The notes: generated by a model not told the origin, from the letters alone. DNA of 64,000 nucleotides from Candidatus Thiodiazotropha sp. (ex Codakia rugifera) (GCA_025656675.1 JAHXHN010000007.1:5040-69039), one strand, 5' to 3'. Shown: positions 1 through 10,171, counted from the stretch's first letter. A program made the numbers and translations.

Positions 1-433
1 AACAGAACACCGCGTCTAGATCCTCGGTGTTCAGACCGTCGAGCAAGATCCAGTCTTTTTTCTGTACCCGATGGTAGCTGCGTCTGCTGAACCAAGAGTA
101 CAGCAACATACCGGTGGTGATCTTCCACGGCCGTCGTGTGGTGCTGCGATATATCGGGAGATAGAACGGTTTAAGCTTCACCAGATGCGGCGCATTGCGT
201 AACAGATATCTACGCTCCCGGAGACACTCCCGTACCAGTGCAAACTGACCGGTTTCGAGATATCGCAGGCCCCCATGAATAAGCTTGGACGATTTACTCG
301 AGGTGGCACACGCCGCAGACGTGCACTGTTCCAGCAATAACACGCTATAGCCGTGCGCTGCCGCAGCCTGCGCTACACCAGCACCGTGAATGCCTGCGCC
401 GATGACAATAATGTCCCATTCTTGTTCAGTCAT
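1..433 (-). CDS. FAD-dependent glycerol-3-phosphate dehydrogenase (GlpD-like), N-terminal part only; continues beyond the window start
   Basis: Reverse-strand translation from the ATG at 433 reads MTEQEWDIIVIGAGIHGAGVAQAAAAHGYSVLLLEQ..., a classic GxGxxG FAD-binding N-terminus of GlpD-type oxidoreductases. No stop codon before the window edge. The start overlaps the stop of the upstream GDPD gene by 8 nt. Confidence 0.6.
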   Translation of the reverse strand, partial: MTEQEWDIIVIGAGIHGAGVAQAAAAHGYSVLLLEQCTSAACATSSKSSKLIHGGLRYLETGQFALVRECLRERRYLLRNAPHLVKLKPFYLPIYRSTTRRPWKITTGMLLYSWFSRRSYHRVQKKDWILLDGLNTEDLDAVFC

Positions 434-1202
434 TGTTGTTATAGTCATCAGTTGTGTGGTCACATGCACTCTGGCGCAACACATCATGCGCTAACAGCTC
501 GGCGATATGATCGGTCGCGATATAGGAAACACCGCGCGCACCCCAGTCGAGCGCGATCTGTGCATGTTCAACACCATATAACATCCACAGCCAACTACCC
601 GGCCATAGTTCTTGCGTATCGATCTTACGCTGGTTGCATATGAGGAAGTCCGGATGCAGATCTGCTGCATGTTCATAATGCGTATGGTCGTAGCGATGTA
701 GTACCCAGCCCGTACGTAGCTGACTGTGTTGTTTCACATAGGTGATCGCTGCAGCGCTGAACGATATGATGACGCACTGCGTCGCGTACGCACTGACTTC
801 AGCAAGCAAGCGCTGCATCACCCTGTCAACGCTGAAGTGATTGAGGCTCTCTTCCTTGATTTCAATATACGCTGTGAGCGCTGGATACACACGGATGAAG
901 TCGAGCATCTGCTGTAGTGAAGGCACAGGCTCCGGCGCAAGACGCTTGTCAGACCTTTCCACTTCGTACGTACTTATCTGCATACAATCAGCGAGCGTGA
1001 TGTCGAACACACTACGATCGACGCCACAGGTGCGTAACAGTTTGTCATCATGCATCACCACGAAATTTCCATCAGCACACATCTGTACATCGAATTCGAT
1101 ACAGCAGGCATCAGCAGCGACAGCAGCTTGCATGCTGATCAATGTATTTTCAGGATAAGCCGCAGAGTAACCACGGTGTGCGACTAAGCGAGGAATCTTC
1201 AT
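426..1202 (-). CDS. glycerophosphodiester phosphodiesterase (GDPD family)
   Basis: The ORF 426..1322 contains the GDPD signature (LVAHRGYSAAYPENTLISMQAAVAADACCIEFDVQMCADGNFVVMHDD). The internal Met of MKIPRLVAHRGY gives a start at 1202, which forms an ATGA overlap with the stop of the upstream kinase gene. Confidence 0.7.
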   Translation of the reverse strand: MKIPRLVAHRGYSAAYPENTLISMQAAVAADACCIEFDVQMCADGNFVVMHDDKLLRTCGVDRSVFDITLADCMQISTYEVERSDKRLAPEPVPSLQQMLDFIRVYPALTAYIEIKEESLNHFSVDRVMQRLLAEVSAYATQCVIISFSAAAITYVKQHSQLRTGWVLHRYDHTHYEHAADLHPDFLICNQRKIDTQELWPGSWLWMLYGVEHAQIALDWGARGVSYIATDHIAELLAHDVLRQSACDHTTDDYNNND

Positions 1203-2611
1203 ATGTGAGTCAGACACCGTTCGAGATAATCGAGGAAATGCAGGTAGCGTTGCTGTAATGCAGCATCCGTTTGCGGCCGGAACTGTGTTATCTCGGCATG
1301 CTGATGCCAGCCGTGAGGGCACCCGGCCGCCAGCCAGGCTGCTCCGCGTGCAGTGGCTTCGCTGTCATCACTGCGTATCACGCATAAACCGCTCAGATCG
1401 GCAAGCCGCTGACACAGGCCATCAAGTTTCGACAGACCACCACTGACGTGTAACAACGATAGTGCTGATTCACTTTGCATAAGTTTGAGGTTCGACTGCA
1501 CCATGAACAATATACTTTCAATGACACCGACGACACGCGCACCATCATCACTCCTCGCCGTATTGGTGTCTTCATCGATGAAGTGTGGATCGATGTCTGC
1601 GCGCCACCACGGCGATCCCAGACCACCAACACTGTTGAAGAATATTTCAGGTGTTTTCACCGCCTTCAACCAGTTTGGCAGTTGTTGTTCGATCCCTGTG
1701 ATGCCATAACGCTCTGCCAGCCAGGTGAGTGCCGATCCCGCACCGTTGATGGTTGCCTCGCGCACATAACTCACTTCAGACATGCTGGACACGGCGATAC
1801 CAGAGAGCTGCTGTTGTGATACACGGTAGTCATCCATGTGTCGCAATACGAATGCGCCCGTACCAAGATTGACCAGTGCGACTTCGGTCTGGGCAGTGGT
1901 CATGCCGCACAGCGCTGCATTCTGATCGCCAGTGACTGCTGTCACCGCGATTCCATGCTGTTCAAGATCACCATAAGCATGGCGTACGGGTACACACAGC
2001 GGTAACTGCTGCGATGACACGCCAAAGTTTGCACACAATGCGTCTGACCAGTTTAGTCGGTTGATATCGAACAACTGTGTGCGTTGTGCATTGCAATGGT
2101 CAACGACATAAGGTTTCGTATCGAGTAGATGGTAGAGCAGATAGCTCACCAGTGGTGACAACCGGAGATGTGCATCTGCATCTGAGATATGTTGCTGCAG
2201 CCAATGCAGCTTGCTGGCACCATAATGTGGCGACAGCGGTAGTCCCGAGATCTGCTGGATCATCTGCTGCTGCAGCCACAATGTATCGACGAGATCGCTA
2301 CCACGTACATCCTGCCAGCTGAGCGTAGCCGAGCAGGCTTCGCCCGCACTGTTCCAGGCGAGCATGGTAGATCGTTGGGTAGCGATACCGCAGGCTTTTA
2401 TCTGTGAATCTGCGTCGAAACCAGCGACCACTTCAGCTACCACTTGACGCACAGAAGCAAGTATCTCAGTGGCATCCTGTTCGACACGTTGAGCATCGAT
2501 TCTTTGTAGCGAGATGTCACACACTGCGCCACTGAGCACATCACCGTATTCATCGAACAGGATTGCACGGCTGGCGTGCGTACCCTGGTCGATCGCCAGA
2601 TAGTAGTTCAT
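1199..2611 (-). CDS. FGGY-family carbohydrate kinase, glycerol-kinase-like
   Basis: N-terminal motif MNYYLAIDQGTHASRAILFDEYGDVL matches the FGGY / glycerol kinase phosphate-1 motif. Size about 470 aa. In an operon with GDPD and GlpD-like genes. The track ORF starts with TTG at 2635; the ATG at 2611 is preferred. Confidence 0.6.
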   Translation of the reverse strand: MNYYLAIDQGTHASRAILFDEYGDVLSGAVCDISLQRIDAQRVEQDATEILASVRQVVAEVVAGFDADSQIKACGIATQRSTMLAWNSAGEACSATLSWQDVRGSDLVDTLWLQQQMIQQISGLPLSPHYGASKLHWLQQHISDADAHLRLSPLVSYLLYHLLDTKPYVVDHCNAQRTQLFDINRLNWSDALCANFGVSSQQLPLCVPVRHAYGDLEQHGIAVTAVTGDQNAALCGMTTAQTEVALVNLGTGAFVLRHMDDYRVSQQQLSGIAVSSMSEVSYVREATINGAGSALTWLAERYGITGIEQQLPNWLKAVKTPEIFFNSVGGLGSPWWRADIDPHFIDEDTNTARSDDGARVVGVIESILFMVQSNLKLMQSESALSLLHVSGGLSKLDGLCQRLADLSGLCVIRSDDSEATARGAAWLAAGCPHGWHQHAEITQFRPQTDAALQQRYLHFLDYLERCLTHI

Positions 2612-2929
2612 GCGGGTTGACTGTGTTTTGGTCAAGTCATTCCAGATACTTTACTAAGCTCGTTTTCGTAATCCATCGGTGTCCTGCAGCCCCGTGTTGA
2701 TTGCAATAGAAATGTGCTCCCATGTCGGATCGAGACTCCTGATATTATGTATTTGTTTTAGGTGAGTCAGGATACGTTCAGGATTATATACAAGTTTTGG
2801 TGCGGCCCTTCCCTTTACATAAAGCGATAAATATCGCCATACTTATGTTGAATCTGTACTACATGAGGAACCTAAGGTGGACCGATCTTACCCCGCCTCA
2901 TGAAGTTGAATCGCATTGCCGGGATGCCA

Positions 2930-3490
2930 TCACCTAACCCGTTTCGGCACTACCATTGTCAACAAACCATTCCGGAATTGACCACTGGCACGGCTGCTGT
3001 CCACCGCCTCTGGGAGTGTAAAGACTTGTTGCAGGTTACCGAAAAAGGTTTGCCATTGACCGGTGTTCACCTGATCATCTTTAGTCTGGACCGAAATGGT
3101 CAGCACCTGGCCGTCCAATCGCATATCAATGTCATTCGAAGTTACACCTGGCAATCGCATCTGCACCAGGTAATGATCTCCCCTATCCTGTAGATGGGAT
3201 GCGGTGCCTTTGAAATTGCCTCCCCAAGAGGGGATTGCGCCGAAGTACTTGGGACCGTGGAAAGTGTAGAATTGCAATTGCCGATAGAGTTGTTCCTGTA
3301 ACAAGTTCAGATTTCTGATCATATCGGCAGGGTTCGGGCCGTAATAGGGATGATACAGAGGGTATGCATGCCATTGCTGATAAGGAACGGAGGGTGCCTG
3401 TGCCATTAACAGTCCACTAGCCAGCAGCAATGCCATACCAAGAATAATTGCACGTTTTAATGGTTTTCGGTTTCTTTTAATCATGATCAT
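2930..3490 (-). CDS. Hsp20 / alpha-crystallin-domain protein with N-terminal signal peptide (predicted periplasmic)
   Basis: Predicted signal peptide, with a positively charged n-region and hydrophobic core ending ...LLMAQA. An alpha-crystallin domain follows (DRGDHYLVQMRLPGVTSNDIDMRLDGQVLTISVQ...FTLPEAVDSSRASGQFRNGLLTMVVPKR). Lies 29 nt downstream of the stomatin gene on the same strand. Confidence 0.7.
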   Translation of the reverse strand: MIMIKRNRKPLKRAIILGMALLLASGLLMAQAPSVPYQQWHAYPLYHPYYGPNPADMIRNLNLLQEQLYRQLQFYTFHGPKYFGAIPSWGGNFKGTASHLQDRGDHYLVQMRLPGVTSNDIDMRLDGQVLTISVQTKDDQVNTGQWQTFFGNLQQVFTLPEAVDSSRASGQFRNGLLTMVVPKRVR

Positions 3491-3519
3491 CTCAAATATA
3501 TATAGGAAGATTATCCAGA

Positions 3520-4275
3520 TTACGTTTTATCCGTATGTTTCAACAGAGGTTCAAGTAGATCCATCGGTAACGGAAACACCAAGGTATGGCTCTTATCACC
3601 TGCTACTTCAGTCAAGGTCTCCAGGTATCTCAACTGAATGGCCTGTGGTTGTTTAGCTAGAATGGTAGCAGCTTCCACCAGCTTTTGTGCAGCCTGTTCC
3701 TCACCTTCCGCATGGATCACCTTGGCGCGCCTGGCGCGTTCTGCCTCTGCCTGTCGGGCAATGGCGCGGATCATACTGTCATCCAGGTCAACATGTTTTA
3801 TCTCGACATTTGATACCTTGATTCCCCAGGTATCGGTCTGTTGATCGAGTATCTGTCTGACATCATCGTTTAACCGCTCACGCTCAGCTAGCATCTCATC
3901 AAGTTCATGCTGTCCCAATACGGAACGCAATGTGGTTTGAGCCAATTGACTGGTAGCAACCATGTAATCCTCAACCTGAATGATGGCTCTCTCCGGATCC
4001 AATACCCGGAAGTAAACCACTGCATTGACCTTTACCGAGACATTGTCACGTGAGATTACATCCTGTGAGGGAACATCGAGGACAATGGTACGTAAATCGA
4101 CTCTGACGAATTGCTGAATGATTGGAATTATGATAATCAGGCCAGGGCCTTTAACCCGCCAGAAACGGCCCAACATAAAAACCACACCACGTTCATATTC
4201 ACGTAAAATCTTTAGCGCTGAGGCGAGAAATGTTATGATGAAAAAAAAGATAACAGCATAGATATAGAGTGTCAC
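3520..4275 (-). CDS. SPFH / band-7 (stomatin-like, YbbK/QmcA-type) membrane protein
   Basis: N-terminal TM helix followed by an SPFH domain ([26 protein letters not shown]...[25 protein letters not shown]...). GTG start overlapping the NfeD stop (GTGA). Confidence 0.85.
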   Translation of the reverse strand: MTLYIYAVIFFFIITFLASALKILREYERGVVFMLGRFWRVKGPGLIIIIPIIQQFVRVDLRTIVLDVPSQDVISRDNVSVKVNAVVYFRVLDPERAIIQVEDYMVATSQLAQTTLRSVLGQHELDEMLAERERLNDDVRQILDQQTDTWGIKVSNVEIKHVDLDDSMIRAIARQAEAERARRAKVIHAEGEEQAAQKLVEAATILAKQPQAIQLRYLETLTEVAGDKSHTLVFPLPMDLLEPLLKHTDKT

Positions 4276-5636
4276 AATAATGTCTCCTTATCGGTTGGCG
4301 TCACTTCCAAAACCAATCCTTCTCTGCCGGTAACCTGTACCGGCTGATCCTTGCGTAACGGCTGCTTCGAGTGTGCTCGCCATACTTCGCCATGCACCCT
4401 TACAGCACCATCACCGGTAAAGTCCTCCACGACAAGGCCTTCACAACTCAGTAGTTCCTCTCGACCACTAACGACAGGCCTATGACGGGATTTGAGGGCC
4501 ATTCCGATAGTGAAAACCAAAATGAATGCACTGGCTACGGCAACTGTCAGAATAAGCGGTAACGAGACTCCAAAACCGGTTTGGTCCGTGTCTACGAGGA
4601 TCAATGAACCAATAACAAAAGCAATTACCCCACCTATACCCAGTGTGCCAAAACTAGGTACAAATGCCTCTGCAATCATCAATGAAAGTCCAAGTAGTAT
4701 CAGGGCAACACCAGCGTAATTTATGGGTAGTACATGAAAAGCATAGAGGGCTAAAAACAGGGAGATAGCCCCTACTGTTCCTGGCACGATTGCCCCGGGG
4801 TTGGCAAATTCGTAGATCAAACCATAAATTCCGAGCAGCATAAGAATATAAGCCAGATTAGGATTGCTGATGATGGAGAGTAACTGACTCTGCCAATCGG
4901 GCATTAGCATTTCCAACTGTAACGCTTTAGTGTCCAGAGTTTTTGTACCAAATGGCAGTTCAACCTGATGACCATCTAGCTTGATAACAAGTGACATAAG
5001 ATCTGTGGCAATATAATCAATGACCTTTTTTTCCAGTGCCTCTTCAGCCGAGAGGCTCGCTGCTTCGCGCACCGCCTGTTCAGCCCAGTCAGCATTACGC
5101 CCCCGTAATCCAGCCAGACTGCGCATGTAGGCGGAGGCATCATTGATGACTTTTCGCTCTTTTGCGTCGCTGGGTGGAGGTGGGTGACTACCCTCCTCCC
5201 CCTCAGAGTCACGGTCACGTATTGGTTTGGGCACACCTCCCAATGTTACGGGTGTTGCTGCACCTAAATTGGTAGCAGGTGCCATTACAGCAATATGACT
5301 GGCATAAAGTATGTAGGTCCCAGCACTCGCGGCTCGGGCGCCGCCTGGGGCAACATAGCCGATGACTGCGACCTGGGAAGCGATGATGCGTTTGATAATG
5401 GCACGCATTGAGGCATCGAGCCCGCCTGGTGTATCCATGCGGAGTACGACAAGCTCGACAGATTGTGACTCAGCTTTTTGGAGTGCACGTTCGATATAGT
5501 CAGCCGTTGCTGGTCCGATCGCTCCGGATATATCCAGGACGAATCCCTTGCGACCGTTTTCATCTGCATGAAGCTGACTCGTTCCACCTAGCAGTAGGCT
5601 CACGGAGAATAGAAGTGATAAGAACACGTTAATCAC
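4272..5636 (-). CDS. NfeD-family membrane-bound ClpP-class serine protease (stomatin operon partner protein)
   Basis: Signal sequence followed by a ClpP-like domain ([21 protein letters not shown]...), multiple TM helices and a C-terminal OB-fold-like tail. Forms the canonical nfeD-stomatin gene pair with a 4-nt overlap. Confidence 0.8.
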   Translation of the reverse strand: MINVFLSLLFSVSLLLGGTSQLHADENGRKGFVLDISGAIGPATADYIERALQKAESQSVELVVLRMDTPGGLDASMRAIIKRIIASQVAVIGYVAPGGARAASAGTYILYASHIAVMAPATNLGAATPVTLGGVPKPIRDRDSEGEEGSHPPPPSDAKERKVINDASAYMRSLAGLRGRNADWAEQAVREAASLSAEEALEKKVIDYIATDLMSLVIKLDGHQVELPFGTKTLDTKALQLEMLMPDWQSQLLSIISNPNLAYILMLLGIYGLIYEFANPGAIVPGTVGAISLFLALYAFHVLPINYAGVALILLGLSLMIAEAFVPSFGTLGIGGVIAFVIGSLILVDTDQTGFGVSLPLILTVAVASAFILVFTIGMALKSRHRPVVSGREELLSCEGLVVEDFTGDGAVRVHGEVWRAHSKQPLRKDQPVQVTGREGLVLEVTPTDKETLL

Positions 5637-6074
5637 TGATCACCTCACTGTATTACTTACTCTTATTTTAGTCTCTCAGTGGATCGGCGTTGAATAATTT
5701 GGATATCAGGAATTTATTGGAGTCAGCGAAGAGTTAATATATACATTAACAATAACAGTAAGTTATCAGATTTTATAGATATTTAACATTAAGTATTGTA
5801 ATGACTCGAATCAACGATCTAATCAAAACACCCTCCACATCGATTGTTGAATCTGTTTTTGAAAACCACCCATTCGTGCCGAGACCGGATTCAGCGATTC
5901 GGCGGATCGTTCGGATCCAAGGCATTCGGCATAGTTGGACAACTTAAATATCGAAGTTCATTACACAGGAACACAAATATTATATTGCTGCATCAGTCAC
6001 TACCCGCTATCAAGTGAGTGGTTAATACACGCTTAAACTCAATGATCAGAAAATAACTTAGCCATCACTCTTCA

Positions 6075-6092
6075 CTGTCATACTCCTGTAAC
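6075..6092 (+). promoter_or_regulatory. Candidate Pho box (PhoB binding site) upstream of pstS
   Basis: CTGTCAT-ACTC-CTGTAAC matches the PhoB box consensus CTGTCAT-N4-CTGTCAC at 13 of 14 positions. Lies about 180 nt upstream of the pstS start in a 630-nt AT-rich leader. Coordinates approximate to within 1 nt. Confidence 0.4.
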
Positions 6093-6174
6093 AATAAAAG
6101 AATAAAGTTGTAAAAAATTCGAAATATTCATATTGAGCAACGTGCTGCATCACGACGCATAGGGAGGTTTCACT

Positions 6175-6222
6175 ATGAATATTATTTATAAAACTAAAGA
6201 TAGAAGAACTCGTTGGATTTAA
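6175..6222 (+). other. Tiny ORF (15 codons, MNIIYKTKDRRTRWI) with a strong Shine-Dalgarno in the pstS leader; possible leader peptide or small protein
   Basis: AGGGAGG lies 7 nt upstream of the ATG. No homology is assessable from sequence alone. Confidence 0.15.
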
Positions 6223-6270
6223 GCATTTAAAGCGGGTTATTAAAATTCGAAAATCATTTGAGGATGATCC

Positions 6271-7152
6271 ATGAAAAGAAAATTGTTTAGTGCCATCCCG
6301 TTGGCAACCACTACCCTGTTACTTGCTATAGCAGCGCAAGCTGCAGATCGTACCGTTATTCAGAACAAAGGCTCTGATACCCTGGTTAATGTCGCCCAGG
6401 CATGGGCGGAAGCCTATCGGGATGTCGATGCAAATATCGCAGTGGCTGTTTCCGGAGGGGGGTCCGGTACAGGCATAGCGGCTATGATCAACGGTACTGT
6501 GGATATAGCCAATGCCAGCCGTAAAATGAAATCAAAAGAGGTTAAACTGGCAAAGAAGAAAGGTCAGAATCCCATCGAACATGTGGTTGGTTATGATGCC
6601 CTCGCTGTCTTTATCCATAATGACAATCCGGCTAAATCCTTATCCTATGAACAGCTAAAATCGGTCTTCAGCCGGGGCGGCAAGGCTACAAAATGGTCCC
6701 ATATAGGACTGAAGGTTCCAGGTTGTGATAGCGATGAGATCGTCGTTGTCAGTCGCCAGAACAATTCGGGTACCTATGCCTATTTTAAAAAGGCCGTGCT
6801 TGGCAAGAAAGGCAAGTTTCGCCAAGGAACACTCGATATGCATGGTTCAAAGGATGTCGTGGACCTTGTTGAAAAAACACCTTGCGCTATTGGTTACAGC
6901 GGCCTGGCATACGCCACGGACCATATCAAAATGGCCTGCATTGAAAAAGAGTCCGGAAGTGCGTGTATCAACCCCAGTGTAGAGACTGCCAGCGACCGTA
7001 GTTACCCCATTGCTCGACCACTGTTTATGTATACCAATGGTGAACCCGCAGGGGCGATAAAAATATATCTTGACTGGGTCAAGAGTGATGAGGGTCAGTG
7101 CATTCTTCTGAAGAAGGGATATGCACCAACTCAAGATGTGAACTGCAGTTAA
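6271..7152 (+). CDS. pstS: phosphate ABC transporter substrate-binding protein PstS
   Basis: Signal peptide plus a PstS-type PBP motif (AVSGGGSGTGIAAMINGTVDIANASR). GAGGA RBS upstream. Confidence 0.9.
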   Translation: MKRKLFSAIPLATTTLLLAIAAQAADRTVIQNKGSDTLVNVAQAWAEAYRDVDANIAVAVSGGGSGTGIAAMINGTVDIANASRKMKSKEVKLAKKKGQNPIEHVVGYDALAVFIHNDNPAKSLSYEQLKSVFSRGGKATKWSHIGLKVPGCDSDEIVVVSRQNNSGTYAYFKKAVLGKKGKFRQGTLDMHGSKDVVDLVEKTPCAIGYSGLAYATDHIKMACIEKESGSACINPSVETASDRSYPIARPLFMYTNGEPAGAIKIYLDWVKSDEGQCILLKKGYAPTQDVNCS

Positions 7153-7285
7153 ATCTCCATTTACCTACTGATCAGGTTGAAGGTGCGTAAATTCGGACCT
7201 TTAACCTGACGAACAACTCATTTGCTGAATAGATAAGAATAGAACGGTATCTGCCAGTGACACCGTTTAATGGGGAGTATCAAGA

Positions 7286-8362
7286 ATGTCCCAACTCGAA
7301 GAACGCCTGGAGAGAGACCTTAATAATATCCACGATCGTGTGGCAAAAATGGGGGAGCAGGTCCAGGACGCTGTAAAAAATGCTGTTAATGCCCTTCAAA
7401 CCGGCAATAAAAAGCTTGCCTATGCAACAGTATTGAATGATAACCCGATCAATCGCTGTATGCGTGAGATCGATACAAGATGTCATCGTTTCTTCGCGAT
7501 ACATATACCCAGTGGTGGACATCTGCGCCTGCTCTCTTCAGTAATACGAGCAAATATTGAGCTGGAACGTATTGGTGATTATGCAGTGACTATTGCACGT
7601 GAAGCTGCACAGCTTTCTCAACCGCCAAGCGGAGGGCTTGGCAGAGAACTGGATCGTGTTGCTAATGAAACCATGCTTATGTTGCGGCAAGCCATTAAGG
7701 CATTTACCGAATTCAATGCCGATATTGCGAAAAGCACCATGATTATGGCGAATGAGCTGGAACACAATCTGGATGTGGTCTATACGGAAATGATGGCCAA
7801 TGACGAACGTGGCAAGGTCGAAGAGGTGCTCGCGATCTTTGTCATATTCACCCAATTAAAACGAGTCGCCGATCAGGCGAAAAACCTCTGTGAGGATACT
7901 GTATTTGCAGTCACTGGCGAGCAGAAGGCGCCGAAAATATTCAACATACTGTTTGTCGATGAAGACAACAGTTGTCACAGTCAGTTGGCAGAAGCGATTG
8001 CCAGACAAAACCATCCTCAGTCTGGCAGGTACCGCAGTGCTGGTCGGACGCAGGCAGAATCTATAAATCCAAAACTGAGATCGTTTATGGAAAAACGAGG
8101 TATCGATATCAGCCATACACAGCTGACATCGCTCGAACACCTGACTGCAAAAGAACTTTCGGAACAGCATGTCATCGTCAGTCTGCAAGGTGGCGTGTCT
8201 TCCTATCTACCGCAGATTCCATTTCATACCTCAGCCCTTGAATGGGGCTTGGGTGATATTCCAGAAGAAGAAGACGAGCATGAATATGAGATGCTTTACC
8301 ATGAAATTGCAATCTTGATAAAGGACCTGATGGAGTTGCTTCGCGGGGAAGGAGCAAGTTAA
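7286..8362 (+). CDS. phoU: PhoU-domain phosphate-signalling protein fused to a C-terminal degenerate LMW-PTP/ArsC-like domain
   Basis: Two PhoU repeats over roughly aa 1-215 (DRVAKMGEQVQDAVKNAV..., ERIGDYAVTIAREA..., VADQAKNLCEDTVF). The C-terminal 140 aa align with the LMW-PTP/ArsC P-loop region (ILFVDEDNSCHSQLAEAI versus the canonical FVCTGNSCRSQMAE). The catalytic Cys is replaced by Asp and the P-loop Arg by His. Confidence 0.8.
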   Translation: MSQLEERLERDLNNIHDRVAKMGEQVQDAVKNAVNALQTGNKKLAYATVLNDNPINRCMREIDTRCHRFFAIHIPSGGHLRLLSSVIRANIELERIGDYAVTIAREAAQLSQPPSGGLGRELDRVANETMLMLRQAIKAFTEFNADIAKSTMIMANELEHNLDVVYTEMMANDERGKVEEVLAIFVIFTQLKRVADQAKNLCEDTVFAVTGEQKAPKIFNILFVDEDNSCHSQLAEAIARQNHPQSGRYRSAGRTQAESINPKLRSFMEKRGIDISHTQLTSLEHLTAKELSEQHVIVSLQGGVSSYLPQIPFHTSALEWGLGDIPEEEDEHEYEMLYHEIAILIKDLMELLRGEGAS

Positions 8363-9295
8363 ATGTCGGCAATAAACCCACTAAACAGATCGATGACGAC
8401 CGATTTCGATAGCCGAAACATGGACTGGTATATCGATAAATTCGTTCAGTCTATTGTCTTTGTTGCAGGTATTTCCGCGATTATTTTTATCATCGGTATT
8501 TTTGTTTTTATCACCATGGAGGGTTTGGGTTTTCTGCTTGAGGATTTTAGCTTCAGGGAGTTTTTCCTCTCTCCGTTTTGGGAGCCCTCGGATGAGGATG
8601 CACCTGAGTACGGCATCCTGGCACTTGTGGCGGGTACTGCCAGCGTTACCGGGCTGGCCATGGTTGTCGCCATCCCCTTCTCTCTTGGTGCTGCCATTTT
8701 TATCGGTGAGTTTGCTTCTGGCAAGATGAGAGAGTACCTGAAGGTACTGGTGGAGCTTCTCGCTGCCATTCCTTCGGTTGTATGGGGCTTTATCGGTCTT
8801 TCCATCATGAACCCATTGATCATCGATCTGTTTGATGTACCTGTCGGCCTGAACGTACTCAATGCAGGTATCATCCTTGGATTAATGGCGGCACCTATTA
8901 TGACCTCGATCGCAGAGGATGCCCTTAAGGCAGTACCTGACCGTTATCGAGAGGCTGCCGAAGCATTGGGTGCTACGCGCTGGCAGGTGATATTCAAAAC
9001 CGTACTGCCTGCTGCAAAAAACGGTCTGCTCGGTGCAGTACTGTTGGGTGTGGGACGCGGCTTTGGTGAGACGATGGCAGTGCTCATGGCGACCGGTCAT
9101 GCGGTGAACATTCCAGGTAGCCTGTTCGATCCGGTACGTGCCCTGACGGCAACCATTGCTGCAGAACTGGGAGAAACCGCAGTAGGGTCACCGCACTATC
9201 AGGCACTGTTCACGATTGGCATTTTCCTATTCATCATTACTTTTCTAATCAACCTGACCGCGGATCTCATTGTTCGTGGCATCCGTAAAGGATAA
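8363..9295 (+). CDS. pstC: phosphate ABC transporter permease PstC
   Basis: Polytopic membrane protein carrying the EAA-like permease motif (EALGATRWQVIFKTVLPAAKNGL). The ATG immediately follows the phoU stop. Confidence 0.9.
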   Translation: MSAINPLNRSMTTDFDSRNMDWYIDKFVQSIVFVAGISAIIFIIGIFVFITMEGLGFLLEDFSFREFFLSPFWEPSDEDAPEYGILALVAGTASVTGLAMVVAIPFSLGAAIFIGEFASGKMREYLKVLVELLAAIPSVVWGFIGLSIMNPLIIDLFDVPVGLNVLNAGIILGLMAAPIMTSIAEDALKAVPDRYREAAEALGATRWQVIFKTVLPAAKNGLLGAVLLGVGRGFGETMAVLMATGHAVNIPGSLFDPVRALTATIAAELGETAVGSPHYQALFTIGIFLFIITFLINLTADLIVRGIRKG

Positions 9296-9301
9296 TAAGA
9301 G

Positions 9302-10171
9302 ATGTTTGCTGAATCTGCATTGAATATACGGAACAAGCGTGTCCAGAATCTGTTCCGCATTCTTTTTTTGATGATGACTGTGCTGTTGATCATACCGGTA
9401 GTGATCATTCTCGCTACTCTGGTTGCCAAGGGCGGCAGCATTATCTCCATTGACTTCCTGTTTACCGACCCAACCAATGGTATGACGGCAGGGGGCATCT
9501 TTCCCGCTTTACTTGGAACAGTGTGGATCGTAGCCGTTGCCTTGCTTGCTTCTGTCCCACTGGGTGTTGCTGCAGCGATCTATTTGAATGAATATGCCGG
9601 CGATAATTGGTTCACACGCATTATCCAACTGGCCATCATCAATCTGGCTGGCGTTCCGTCGATTGTGCATGCCCTTTTCGGCGTTGGTGCTTTTGTCATC
9701 TTTTTCGGTTTTGGCACCAGTATTCTGGCGGCCAGTTTAACCCTGGCTATCATGACATTGCCGGTTGTGATTGTCTCAACGCGTGAATCCTTAAGGGCCG
9801 TTCCGCAAGCTTTCAGAGAGGCTTGCTGGAATATGGGTGCTACACGCTGGCAGACCATTCGCAGAGTAGTCCTCCCCAATGCTGTCAGTGGCATCCTGAC
9901 AGGTGTCATCCTGGAAGTGTCACGCACTACCGGGGAAACAGCACCGATCATGTTCACCGGTGCCGCATTCTTTCTGCCATTTCTACCTCAGGGTGTATTT
10001 GATCAAACCATGGCCCTCTCCTTGCATCTGTTCGTAGTCGCCACCCAAGTGCCTGGTGTTCCTGATAACCTGCCATTTGGTGTCGCACTGGTACTGATAG
10101 CCATGGTACTGCTGATGAATAGTATCTCTATTGCGTTCCGTATGTATCTGCGAGGCAAAAAGAAATGGTAG
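9302..10171 (+). CDS. pstA: phosphate ABC transporter permease PstA
   Basis: Polytopic membrane protein with a second permease motif (NMGATRWQTIRRVVLPNAVSGIL). Confidence 0.9.
   Translation: MFAESALNIRNKRVQNLFRILFLMMTVLLIIPVVIILATLVAKGGSIISIDFLFTDPTNGMTAGGIFPALLGTVWIVAVALLASVPLGVAAAIYLNEYAGDNWFTRIIQLAIINLAGVPSIVHALFGVGAFVIFFGFGTSILAASLTLAIMTLPVVIVSTRESLRAVPQAFREACWNMGATRWQTIRRVVLPNAVSGILTGVILEVSRTTGETAPIMFTGAAFFLPFLPQGVFDQTMALSLHLFVVATQVPGVPDNLPFGVALVLIAMVLLMNSISIAFRMYLRGKKKW

Noticed and set aside
353-1158. Plus-strand ORFs 353..643, 726..917, 841..1158 and minus ORF 491..676
   Set aside because: They are embedded in or antisense to the well-supported GlpD-like and GDPD genes. They have low-complexity or Cys/Arg-rich composition typical of spurious frames.
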